This document shows, piece by piece, positions 27,315-40,189 of a DNA stretch of 64,000 nucleotides (positions within the stretch are counted from its first letter, which is position 1; every line of letters starts with the position of its first letter). This stretch comes from Eledone cirrhosa. Its lineage: Eukaryota. The translations under genes and the position numbers were made by a program. The notes below the pieces were generated by a model that did no database searches, had not been told where the DNA came from, and worked only from the letters and a program-made list of their open reading frames with translations. The stretch covers positions 111,104,001 to 111,168,000 of the forward strand of contig OZ024741.1 in the NCBI GenBank assembly GCA_964016885.1. The letters run 5' to 3'.

Positions 27315-28255
27315 ATCATCATCATCATCATCACCGTTTAACATCCAGAGACCACATCTTACTTCATGGATCAGTATTTTGACTCATTTCTATGGCTGGA
27401 TGCCCTTCGTAACATCAACAGTATGCTTATTGTTAATGCGCCAAAACAACCACTTTACATTGTGGACAAGGTGCTCTTTCTTGTGTCAGCAACATGACCA
27501 CTTAATGGTGTGAACTGGATGCTTTTTATCATGGCACTAAAATGACCCTTTACAGTGTGGACTGGGTGTTTTTGTCATGGCAACAAAACAACCACTTAAT
27601 AGTGTGGACTGTGCACTTTTTATCATGGCACTGCAACAACCAGTTTACAGTGTGAACTAGGTGCTTTTTCTCATGACACCTACACGACCACTTTACAGTT
27701 TGGATTGGGTGCTTTTTGTCATGACATCAACATGACCACATTACAGTTTGGACTGGACGATTGTATATATATATATATATACTCACACACACACATAATC
27801 ACCATTCACAATTTAATATATATTTTCCATGCTTGCATTAGTTAGACAGTCTGTCAGTTACTGAGGTGAGACAGGTCAGGTGACTGTATCTTGCTCATAT
27901 GCTGTTTTTTTACTTGATTTCTATGGCTGGATGTCCTTCATAATGCCAACCACTTTCAACATGTACTGGGAGCTTTTTATCATGACTGGGGTATTTTTGT
28001 CATCACACCATTGCTGACTGGATACTTATCACTGTGGCACCAACACTATTACCTTACCAGGTTGACTTGGTGCTTATTGCTATGGTACAAGCACTACCAC
28101 CCTACAGTGTCAACTGGATGCTTATTGCTGTAGGACCAGCACTACCGCCTTACAGTGCTGAATGCATGAATATTGCTGTGGCACCAGCACTACCACCTTA
28201 CTTGGTGGACTAGGTGATTTTTATTGTAGTACCAGTATTACATCATTACAATACT
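27315..28255 (-). repeat. Old RTE-tail derivatives with amplified ~45-bp unit
   Basis: (CAT)n, ggctggatgcccttc, then tandem accactttacagtgtggactgggtgctttt units. Confidence 0.75.
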
Positions 28256-28377
28256 TTATATATATATATACAAGTGGAAGTTTAGTAAAATCAAAGTTTT
28301 GGCTGTGGCCGAGCTAACGATATACAATTAGGAATGTGCAGCAAAGCACTCGATAAGTTTGTGTGACTTTAGAGTAA

Positions 28378-28562
28378 TAACTGTTTCTACTTTAGGCACA
28401 AGGCCAGCAATTATCCCAGTGTATTACTGGTACTTTATTTTATCGACCCCGTAAGGATGAAAGGCAAAGTCAACCTCGGCGGGATTTGAACTCAGATGGT
28501 AAAGGGACGTAACCACGCTGGAAAGCATGGCGTCCGACCCTCTACCGATACTGCCAATCCAA
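28378..28562 (-). mobile_element. tRNA-derived SINE
   Basis: B-box gagttcaaatccc, same core and tail as 43765-43950. Confidence 0.88.
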
Positions 28563-29099
28563 CATACGTTAGACAGCTTGACAAATTGAAAATCGCGACA
28601 GGTAAGCCTAGCCACATAATACTAAATCAACGAAAAAAACCAATCAGGTTAGATAACTGACCTGGACCAAATCAAACGATATTATGCAATACGTCCGATA
28701 GGTTTCTATGAATCCGAAATCATCAATCTAACTTGCGCAATATGCAAGTTTGTGGTATTCGATGATCGAACTGTGGACTCACGTTATCAACAGGTTTCCG
28801 TTCTATGCCTCAAGGCGGTGTGACGTGTAGCAGTAAACTGCTACTAATGGCAGCAGTCAATGCTTCACTGTTACATGTTTTTTCCAACAAGGCGGGCAAA
28901 TTCAAAGTGTGAACAAAGGAATTAATTCCGTTCCACAATCCGAAAAAGAAGCTCTTGACTAGACGTTATTAAACAAATATAAATAATTAACCAATCAATA
29001 GAATTGTCTAATTTAATTAATTAATTAATTATTAGGTCTAGGAGATAATAATACAAGCAGAAGTTTAGTAAAATCGAAGTTTTGGCTGTGGCCGAGCTA

Positions 29100-29131
<32 letters not shown>

Positions 29132-30681
29132 ATCTCAGTATGTGCTTGTGTGGGAGTGTTCATTTCTTTAGAAAATTTGGCCATCAAGCAAACATTGCTT
29201 ACATAAAAAATAAAGCCATGTGAAGCAGAATACAACAAGCTAAAAAATAAAGTTTTTTGTCAGAAATTAGTGTACACCAAAGTTTCCCAACCTGGGCAAT
29301 ATCATCCAGGTGTTGCGATTTCAACTGTTGGGTGGGTGATGAGCAACTGGAAACAATATTCAAACGATATATGCAAAGAATCTGTCATCATCATCATCGT
29401 TTAACATCTATCTTCCACACTAGCACAAGTTAGATGGGTTTGTCCCTTTTGAAGCAAGTTGGTTCGGGTGACCATGTCTTGCTCATGTAGGACTGTTTCT
29501 GGCTGGATGCCCTTCCTAGCGCCACCCACATTTACAGTGTGCTGGTAGCAGTATGTTTTTTTTTCCTGATATAAGTCAACTAACAGAAAACTTAGAACAA
29601 GTTTGCCAGTAAAATTAAGATGTGACCTCGAGATAAACTCACCAACGTTGCCAACAATGAGAGACCATACTTTAAATTGGATCAGGTGATGACATCTAAG
29701 AACTCTAAGATGATATGCCAGACAAGCTAGTGTGGCTGATATATATATATATATATAGTGTAGGTTAGGTGATACAGTGAATTACTCATGGTGGAACCAA
29801 AACAAGCACTCTATGCACAGGCAGAATGCATATATTAGAAAAAACAAGGAAGTTTCATTTACATGTATAAGGTTTTTATTGTGTATCGACCTATTACATG
29901 TGTTTCACAGAGGATTGGCTCAAGGTCACCCATATATATATTTGTACACACACACACATGTATATATATGTGACTGTGGGTGTGTATGTGTACACATGTA
30001 TATGTATATTTGTCTATTTTTATTAATTTATTAATTTATTTGTTTATTTTTGCATTCACTGGGAGCCCGATGTCACCAATCTGAACTGACATTACTAATT
30101 CAATGACCTTTTACTGGGTCATCCTAACAGGACTTGCCCCACATTCCTCGCCTATATAGTCTGCCTTCCATTCAGCTTCCTGTTTACACTAAAACCAGTC
30201 CTTCAACAACCAACTTGCATACCAATACGTGCCCTCGCGTACAAGCAGGCATATATGAATCCATACATGCTTGCACACACACACACACATGCATATGAAT
30301 ATATGTTTGAATACTCAGGTGTTTGAATACCTACATACGCCCACACTAAAAAAAATAGGATGATGCTTATATATACACCCATCATCTCACAAACTACAAC
30401 AAACACTATATTTTTTTTGTCACATCGCTAGTCTGAAGGTCAATACACAATAAAAATTCTCATACATGTAAACAAAATTTCCCCGTTTTTTCTAACACAC
30501 ACAGACACACACACACACACACACACACATACACACACACATATATATATATATATATAAGTTAAACAAGGTTCAATGAACAAATCAAAGAATGAGTTTT
30601 ATAATATAGAACATGAATGGACCTGTTATTTTTCCCTAAAAACATTTTTTCCGATTCCACCCTGCCCGTCCCTTCAATCTT

Positions 30682-30717
30682 TCTTCTGATAAAGGACTGG
30701 TGTCCAACATGTTAAGA
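30682..30717 (+). ncRNA. Degenerate hammerhead relic
   Basis: TCTT CTGATAA aGGAC-TGGT-GTCC (ga)AACATGTT AAGA; core mutated, probably inactive. Confidence 0.5.
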
Positions 30718-30774
30718 TCCTCTTCCTGCTATTTTAAGCGTTAGCCTAATATACTCCTTCCATATACTGTACAA

Positions 30775-30804
30775 TTGTGTTGTTATTTTTGTTTACCTTT
30801 TACA

Positions 30805-30870
<66 letters not shown>

Positions 30871-30944
30871 CACATAAACACATACATGTCTGCACAAATA
30901 CACATACACACATATAGAGGCCCACATATGCATACACCCGCACC

Positions 30945-30997
<53 letters not shown>

Positions 30998-32150
30998 ATA
31001 TATATACACACTTACTCACCCACACATACACACCTACTCATACGTGGCTATACGTACATACGCACACATATATAGACATACATACATATATATATTCATA
31101 TATACACACATATATATACACACATACACACACATTCTGCCACATATGTACATACATGCACATGTGTGCACATACACGCGCTTATAAACTCACGCACCCA
31201 TGCCCATATACACCCACCCCAGCACACACCCACGTATATATATATATATATACATCTACACACACACACACATACATATACCTACGCACAGGTCCACACA
31301 TAATAAACACGCGAATATAAACACAATATGATGATAAAATAAAATAAATAAATAAATTTACAATATTTTAGGGTACATTAAAATCTGTATGTAACTGCAT
31401 AAATAAGTACAAGAAAAAAAGGGGTAAAATAAAAAAAACGGGGGGGGGGGGTACAGGAGAAGGTGTGTGTATCCATGTGATATACTACACAGGCAGTATG
31501 AGGTGCAAACTTGTGTCCGTATATAGAACAGGTAACAGTAACAGAACAATAATATAACAATAATGACAGTAATAATCATTGTTCCAAAGTGGAACAGGTG
31601 GAGAGCATATAGTCACGATTGACGGGGTACACATTCAAGGGGACGCCCGTCCCAGTCGCCATGGGGGCATGGCACCGTGGCTGGGGTGTGCTGTTCTATA
31701 TGTTTAGGGCACAGGACCGGGCGGCAGTGGGCCCCGTCTTAGCCGGTCCCGGCCCATGCGATGTATCTTCCAATGTTCTGTGCTCGGTCAGATGCGCCCC
31801 TGGTTTACATATGTTTGCCTCACGGGTCGCACACCGTCATCATAGCATGGCGTCAGGTCCCCTAATCCTGTTGGGCCAATCAGGTCTGTGCGTACCCGTT
31901 CCCATGCCCCCTGCCTGTGCCATCCGGAGGATTCCATGCTGCAAATGTACATCTTCTCTGGTGTCTGCATGTCATGATAATTTCAGACTTCAGGTTGACG
32001 GCGTCATCCTTCAGTCTGACTATCTCCATGGCCTCGTGTAGGCATAATCGGCACTTTCTACTTCCGGCCGAATATGCCCTCACCTGGCACACAAAATACC
32101 CGTGTCTGAAAGAAACTGCAGCAGTAGAATCAGCCAGATCCATACAGGGA
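30775..32150 (-). mobile_element. Penelope-like (Naiad-type) 3' fragment with UTR
   Basis: ORF 31880-32194 contains AYSAGSRKCRLCLHEAMEI...VNLKSEIIMTCRH, the same C-terminal motif as the other Naiad-type endonucleases; left boundary uncertain. Confidence 0.72.
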
Positions 32151-32341
32151 CCATGTCTCCAGCTACTTACCGGCGAAACAATTGTAACACGCAATAAATT
32201 AAATCCAGATGCATCACTGATTTTTCGTTTTCTTTATACTATCTACACTCTACTCTGCTGAATATCGAGTGCTAATTTTGGCATACCGCCTATGGAAGCA
32301 CCATAGCTACCATTATACACAACTATATATTTATATATATG

Positions 32342-32410
<69 letters not shown>

Positions 32411-32747
32411 GACCACGACCACTAACAACAACAACAATAATAATAATAATAAAAGTGATGTTGATAGTGATGATTAATAGAAAATGCTATTTTCATCATT
32501 TCTAAAAATAGCAAAACAATTGATGCTTTGGATATGATCATTGGTCGTTAGCATGCTCAACCAGCCGTGACGCTTAAACCAATCAGCTTTAGTAATTCAG
32601 TGAAACTACACACTGATTGGTCGAAATACAGTTTACAGGGCTTAGCATTCTGGAGCCACTTTTCTCTGTATAAAATGTATAAAAGGTAGGAAATTTACCC
32701 ATCTCGTTACAGTTGAAAATTGCAAACTCGACTGTCACCACATATTA

Positions 32748-32786
32748 TGAACCTGAAGATTGTGAAAGCATGAAAGTACTTGTTCA
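32748..32786 (+). ncRNA. Minimal hammerhead ribozyme in a solo pLTR-like segment (~32470-32915)
   Basis: TGAAC CTGAAGA t TGT-GAAA-GCA t GAAA GTAC TT GTTCA; palindromic AAGTACTT. Confidence 0.8.
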
Positions 32787-33028
32787 ATTAACACTTAGAA
32801 TTTAATATTCTATCATACTATTTCATTATAATACCATTATATATTTTAAAGGATTGTAAATAAAACGAGTAAATCAGACAAAGTTGGAATTCCTCTTATT
32901 AATATAATCTTCTATACACAATCATACACACCTGTGTATATTTACCTATCTATATCTATATATATATATGTATATATATATATGTATTTATATGTATATA
33001 TATATGTATATATATATATGTATTTATA

Positions 33029-33061
<33 letters not shown>

Positions 33062-33211
33062 TTATATGTATATATATATGTATATATATATGTATATATA
33101 TGTATATATATATGTACATATATATATGTATATATGTATATGTATATATATATGTATATATGTACATATATATATGTATATATGTATATATATATATGTA
33201 TATATATATAT

Positions 33212-33298
33212 GTATAAAGAAAAAGGGATGAAATCGAAAATGCAACTGAAGTCTTATTTTTCAGTTGCATTTTCGATTTCATCCCTTTTTCTTTATAC
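33212..33298. repeat. Perfect 39-bp inverted repeat with 9-nt spacer
   Basis: gtataaagaaaaagggatgaaatcgaaaatgcaactgaa and its exact reverse complement. Confidence 0.95.
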
Positions 33299-33409
33299 TT
33301 CCACTCGTGTAGGACACCGGTTATTTTTCATTTTGTAAAAAAAACCTCACTTTCTAATATATATGTATATATATATATGTATATATATATATGTATATAT
33401 ATATATGTA

Positions 33410-34657
<1,248 letters not shown>

Positions 34658-34667
34658 ATATATATAT

Positions 34668-37600
34668 CATCATCATCATCATCAACGTTTAACGTCCGTG
34701 TTCCATGCTTGCATGGGTTTGGACGGGGGTTTTCCCACTTGAGGCAAGAGTGATTGTCTTGCTTGCATAGGACTGCCTGGCGGGTTTTCTACAGCTGGAT
34801 GCCCTTCCTAACATCAACCACATTTACAGTGTGGGGCTGGGAGGTTTTTACCGTGTTGCCTACACGGCCACGTTACAGCGTGGACTGTGTGTTTTTTTTG
34901 TCGTGACATCTACACGATCTCATTTGTTTCGGCCTGGATGTTGTGGCACCAACATAACTTTACATTGAAGGGGCGGTGTAGATGGGGTGGGGGTGGTAGG
35001 ACGGGGGTGTATTTTGTTAGAGATGCCTACTGGCTGTAGTAGGTTTTACTTTGTATTTAGGTAAGGCGGGTCTTCTCTATTACTGAGTACCGCCAAAGGT
35101 CTCGGTCCAGTGACATTGTCTTGGAGAGGTGTAAATGTGTGAGGTCAGAATTTATCAGCTCGTCCCAGGTTTTTCTGGGTCTGCCTACTCCATAGCTACC
35201 GTCTATCTTTATTGCCCTGCACTTTGTTATACAGTTGTCGTCTTTCATGCGCATCACGTGACCATACCAACGTAGCCTTCTCTCCAGTAAACAACATCTG
35301 ATCCCTCTTATTTCTAATTTTTTCCTTAGTTCGCTTATGCTTTGCCGTTCACTTATGTTACTATTAAACATCCAGTGGAGCATGCAAGCTTCGTTCCTCT
35401 CTAGTCTGCGTATATCCTCTGCACACAATGCCCAGGTCTCACTGCCATGCAACATTGCTGTTCGTATGCAGGCATCATACAACCTGACTTTCATTCTTAG
35501 GGAGAACCCTTTAGCGGCTAATAGTGGTATAAGCTCTCTGAACTTTTTCCAACCAGTTCTGACTCTAGCTACTGTACTTTCAGAGCACCCTCCCCCACTG
35601 CTGATTTTGTCGCCCAGGTAACGGAAGCTGTCCACTATTTCTATAGAACCCTCTGCGCAATTGAAAGAGCTAGTATTTTCTGGGCACTTGCTGCTACTTA
35701 TTGCACCAGAGCACCGGCCACATGTAAAATCTATGTTCTTAGTTAGCTTACCTGTGATCCCACTACATCTTTTATGCACCCATACTTTGCATTTGGGACA
35801 TAAAATAGAGTTTCTACCTACGCCTTTCCTACACACTGAGCATGGCCATTTCCCGGAAGGGACCAGCGCCTTATTTTCTTTCCTACAAACTAGAACTTTA
35901 GTCTTAGCCAGGTTAATTTTAAGGCCTTTTGATTCTAGGCCGTGCTTCCATGCCGTGCTTCCATGTTCCTGATGAACACCAACTTTTGCGCTAAACTCTT
36001 CAGTATATTCGTTGTTAATTCTAACCTTGCTGACTGTTTCTTTATACATGGCTTGTATAGCTCTCACAAGCCATTCGTCAACACCTAGTTTTCTAAGAGC
36101 CCACCAGATAATGGAACGGGGGACTCTGTCGAAGGCTTTCTCCAAGTCAACAAAAGCTAAGTATAGGGGTTTACTTTTAGCTAGGTACTTCTCCTGTAGT
36201 TGTCGTACAATGAAAAGAGCGTCTGTGGTACTTTTGCCTGACACAAACCCAAACTGCATTTCATCTAGATCAATTCTCTTTCTGATTAGTTGCGCTATTA
36301 CTTTTTCCGTGACCTTCATGACTTGGTCGATTAATTTTATGCCTCTATAGTTACTCCTATCTAGGGCGTCTCCTTTACCCTTGTAACAGTTAACGATGAT
36401 GCTGCTACGCCAGTCCTTCGGAACAACCCCATTCTGTATGACTTGGTTTACTATCCGGGTGACCATGGTGTGTCCCACCGTACCAGAGGCTTTCAGCATC
36501 TCAGCAACTATTTCCGAAGGCCCAGCCGCCTTACCCGTCTTCATATCTTTGATTGCCTTACTTATTATACTACCTTTGACTAACACTGCTGGTCCCTCTA
36601 TTGGATCGATGTGGGGGAGACTGTCTTTCTCCCATTTATTCTCCTCATTTAGTAGCCTTTCGTAGTGACACTTCCAAGCTACCTTCTTATCAGCGTCAGT
36701 GATGGCAAGTACGCCATCATCGTTAAGTACACACTTCTCCCCGACAATATCACGGTTTTCCTTGACACATTGCCTAGCAATCCTGAACACCTCACGTTTT
36801 TGGTCCTCGCGTTGTAGAACATGCTTGAACTTTCTTTCCTCTGCTTCCCTTCTTGCGAAGTACACTTGTCTCCTAGCTTCCCTCCTGGCCACTTGATAGT
36901 CTTCTCTACTTCCCCCATCCCGCCATGCTTTCCAAGCCTGCTTTTTGGCCTTGATTGACCCCTCCACCTTACTGTTCCACCACCATGTTACTCTCCTCCT
37001 GCCTACAGGCCTGCTCCAGCCACAGACTTCGTCTGCCACCATCAGCAGGTTTGCTTTCAGGAATTCCCACTGTTCCTCTACCTTGTACGACTCTAATTGC
37101 TGTTCCTTACTGTCGAAAGCATCAAGTAATATGCTTTGAAATTTATTTCTGGCTGTGGGATCCTTTAGCTTCCATATTTTTCTCCTGAGGATAGTCCTCT
37201 TCTGCTGTCTAGTACGTCTCGTCCTGACTATGAGGTCGCTAATTATCAGTCTATGTTGGGAGGTGCATTCTTCATGGGAGAGGGATTTAGTCTTTACAAC
37301 AGACACTCTGTCACGTCTTCTGGTAAGGATATAATCTACCTGGCTGGTATGTTCTCCTGATCTGTAGGTGATCAAGTGATTGTCTCGTTTTTTGAAGTTA
37401 GTGTTACAGATAGTTAGGTTGTTCGCATCACAGAATTCCAGGATTCTGGAGCCTTCCTCGTTTCTAGTACCAAACCCATAGCCTCCGTGGATTCCGTCAT
37501 AGCCGTCACAATGTTGTCCAACGTGACCATTTAGGTCGCCAGCAATAATTATATAGTCACTGTCGGTTATTTGGGAGGTAGTGAGCATCAGTGTCTCATA

Positions 37601-38390
37601 GAATCTGTCTTTTATAGTGCCAGGCAGTCCGGATTGGGGCGCGTATGCAGATATTACTGTCACAGTAGTTCTGTTTAGAACAAGTCTTATTTTAATTATT
37701 CTGTCATTCACTCTATTTACATCTATTATCTTATCCACCCATTTTTCTGCTAACATGATTCCTACCCCACCTATCCCATTGTCATTCCCCACCCAGAAAA
37801 GCTTATAGCAACGTTTTTTACCCACAATGAATCTTGCAGACCTGCCCCTCCACCTGGTCTCTTGGATACAGCAAACATCAACCTCCTTACGTTCAAGCAT
37901 TTCTACAACCTCGTTAGAGTGGCCTTTTAAGGTGCCTACGTTCATAGTACCAACTCTGAAGTTTTGGATTGTGTTTGGAGGATGGGGCATAGGGAGGGGT
38001 GAGGGGAATGAGTTTGGGGTTATGTTGGCCATCCGCGGCCGAAACAAAGAGGGGGGGCGGGCATTGCCCCTTCGTCCGGCAGCATGAGGTGAATTTGTCG
38101 TTATCTTTGGCATTGTCATCGAGTGTCCAGATTCTTCAGACTCTCCAGAAATTCCTTAGTCCATCCATCATATCGAAAAGCAGCCAGTAGTGATAGCATA
38201 GGCCATTGACTTGTGATTGGTCCAAATAGTAAAGGTGGAGAGTGGGGTAGAGATATGGGGTAGTTAGCAATGAGGGAGATTATTTAGAACCAGCGTGGAG
38301 AAGATTAATTTAAAGCAAGAATAGCAACGATTGTAGATATATATGGATGAATGAACGAGGTTTTAAGGAGACAAGAAGAAAATGTTCTGT
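34668..38390 (-). mobile_element. Near full-length RTE LINE
   Basis: 5' UTR homologous to 15640-15710, single long ORF, 3' UTR, (GAT)n tail. Confidence 0.93.
35057..38119 (-). CDS. RTE APE endonuclease-RT-PHD protein, open ORF but with the RT catalytic core (YADD) deleted
   Basis: 1020-aa ORF; reads VGVHQ-EHGSTA-WKHG where sister copies have QGSVLSPLLF...YADD...KKFQTWKHG. Confidence 0.9.
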   Translation of the reverse strand: MTMPKITTNSPHAAGRRGNARPPSLFRPRMANITPNSFPSPLPMPHPPNTIQNFRVGTMNVGTLKGHSNEVVEMLERKEVDVCCIQETRWRGRSARFIVGKKRCYKLFWVGNDNGIGGVGIMLAEKWVDKIIDVNRVNDRIIKIRLVLNRTTVTVISAYAPQSGLPGTIKDRFYETLMLTTSQITDSDYIIIAGDLNGHVGQHCDGYDGIHGGYGFGTRNEEGSRILEFCDANNLTICNTNFKKRDNHLITYRSGEHTSQVDYILTRRRDRVSVVKTKSLSHEECTSQHRLIISDLIVRTRRTRQQKRTILRRKIWKLKDPTARNKFQSILLDAFDSKEQQLESYKVEEQWEFLKANLLMVADEVCGWSRPVGRRRVTWWWNSKVEGSIKAKKQAWKAWRDGGSREDYQVARREARRQVYFARREAEERKFKHVLQREDQKREVFRIARQCVKENRDIVGEKCVLNDDGVLAITDADKKVAWKCHYERLLNEENKWEKDSLPHIDPIEGPAVLVKGSIISKAIKDMKTGKAAGPSEIVAEMLKASGTVGHTMVTRIVNQVIQNGVVPKDWRSSIIVNCYKGKGDALDRSNYRGIKLIDQVMKVTEKVIAQLIRKRIDLDEMQFGFVSGKSTTDALFIVRQLQEKYLAKSKPLYLAFVDLEKAFDRVPRSIIWWALRKLGVDEWLVRAIQAMYKETVSKVRINNEYTEEFSAKVGVHQEHGSTAWKHGLESKGLKINLAKTKVLVCRKENKALVPSGKWPCSVCRKGVGRNSILCPKCKVWVHKRCSGITGKLTKNIDFTCGRCSGAISSSKCPENTSSFNCAEGSIEIVDSFRYLGDKISSGGGCSESTVARVRTGWKKFRELIPLLAAKGFSLRMKVRLYDACIRTAMLHGSETWALCAEDIRRLERNEACMLHWMFNSNISERQSISELRKKLEIRGIRCCLLERRLRWYGHVMRMKDDNCITKCRAIKIDGSYGVGRPRKTWDELINSDLTHLHLSKTMSLDRDLWRYSVIEKTRLT

Positions 38391-38451
38391 GTATATATAT
38401 ATACATATGTATATATATATGTGTATATATATATATGTGTATATATATGTG

Positions 38452-38508
<57 letters not shown>

Positions 38509-38541
38509 GTATCTATATATATGTATATATGTATATATATG

Positions 38542-38632
<91 letters not shown>

Positions 38633-38633
38633 G

Positions 38634-38683
<50 letters not shown>

Positions 38684-38685
38684 TA

Positions 38686-38910
38686 TCATCATCATCATCA
38701 TCACCATCATTTTACGTCCGCTTTTCCCTGCTTGCAAGAGTGGGACGAGAACTGATTCTGGCTTGATTTCTACAACTGGATGCCCTTCCTAACACCAACC
38801 TCATTTACAGTGAGTGGTGGGTGCTTTTTTTCCGTGGTGCCTACACGTCCACTTTGGAGTGGAATGATAGGGACCCCAGTCCTATAATCTCATTTATACA
38901 GCTGAGTAAC
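38686..38910 (-). mobile_element. Truncated CORE-SINE with RTE-type tail
   Basis: Reverse complement of the 49102-49383 and 39375-39671 tails. Confidence 0.8.
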
Positions 38911-38993
38911 CCACTCGATATGCAAATTGGGCTACTCAACCATTAATATGCATAAGGTAAGTATATACATTCAACAATCTGGCAGGAAGGTAT

Positions 38994-39036
38994 ACGTTGC
39001 TGACGATAGCTAATAAGCTTGAAACTAGTACAGCGT
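38994..39036 (+). ncRNA. Minimal hammerhead ribozyme
   Basis: ACGTTG CTGACGA t AGC-TAATAA-GCT t GAAAC TA GTA CAGCGT; palindromic ACTAGT; GUA site. Confidence 0.85.
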
Positions 39037-39239
39037 TCCTTTGTCAGTGTTAAACAAACGAGCAACGATGGTTGCTAGACACTACGGCTTAATACGGGAT
39101 GTTTGTTTACAAACACACCGAGCATTATAATAAATGTTCGGTGAATACGTACATATATATATGTGTGCATGTATGTATATATATATACATATACATGCTA
39201 CTGTACGTCTGTATACATATATGTATGTACGTGTACATA

Positions 39240-39371
<132 letters not shown>

Positions 39372-39374
39372 TAC

Positions 39375-39671
39375 AGGGCCACATAGCTTAGTGGTTAGAG
39401 CATTGGGCTTGCAATTGAAAGGTTGTGAGTTCAATTCTCAGACCGGGTGATGTGTTGTTTCCTTGAGCAAGACACTTTATTTCACACTGCTCCAGTTTAC
39501 TCACTGTAAAGTGGTCATCGAGGTGCCACGTCAATAAAGCACCCAGCACTCACTGTAAATGAGGTTGATGTTAGGAAGGGCATCCAGCTGTAGAAATCAA
39601 GCCAGAATCAGTTCCCGTCCCACCCTTGCAAGCAGGGAAAAGCAAACGTAAAATGATGATGATGATGATGA
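39375..39671 (+). mobile_element. Complete tRNA-head / CORE-domain / RTE-tail SINE
   Basis: A box tagcttagtgg, B box gagttcaattc, CORE-like tgtttccttgagcaagacactt, tail ggaagggcatccagctgtagaaa plus (GAT)n shared with the RTE 3' UTR. Confidence 0.85.
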
Positions 39672-39687
39672 TATATATATATATATA

Positions 39688-40186
39688 TCATCATCATCAC
39701 CATAATCGTTTAACGTCCATCTTCCATGCTAGCATGGGTTTGGATGGGAATTTTCCCACTTGAGGCAAGATTGGTTGTCTTGCTTGTATAGAACTGTGTG
39801 GCGGGTTTTCTACGGCTGGATGCCCTTCCTAACACCAACCACGTTTACAGTGTTGACTGGGAGGTTTTTACCGTGTTACCTACATGGCCACATTACAGCG
39901 TGGACTGTGTGTATTTTTGTCGTGACACCTACACGACCTCATTTATTTAGGACTGGATGTTGTGGTATCAACATAACTTTACATCGAAAGGGGGTGGTGT
40001 GAATGGGTAGGGGTAGTGGGACGGGGGTGTATTTTGGTAAGAGGTACTTACTAACTGTAGGTTTCGCTTTGCACTTAGGCAAGGCGGGTCTTCTGTATTA
40101 CTGCGTAGTGCCAAAGGTCTCGGTCCAGTGACATTGTCTTGGAGAGGTGTAAGTGTGTGAGGTCGGAATTTATCAAGTCGTCCCAA
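39688..40186 (-). mobile_element. RTE 3' end fragment
   Basis: WDDLINSDLTHLHLSKTM plus 3' UTR and tail. Confidence 0.88.
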
Positions 40187-40189
40187 ATC

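Noticed and set aside
29858-30471. Short diverged inverted repeat (29858-29892 / 30435-30471) with a possible ribozyme relic
   Set aside because: Core too degenerate to call.
38120-38390. HDV-like ribozyme expected at some RTE 5' ends
   Set aside because: No nested double pseudoknot could be identified by eye.
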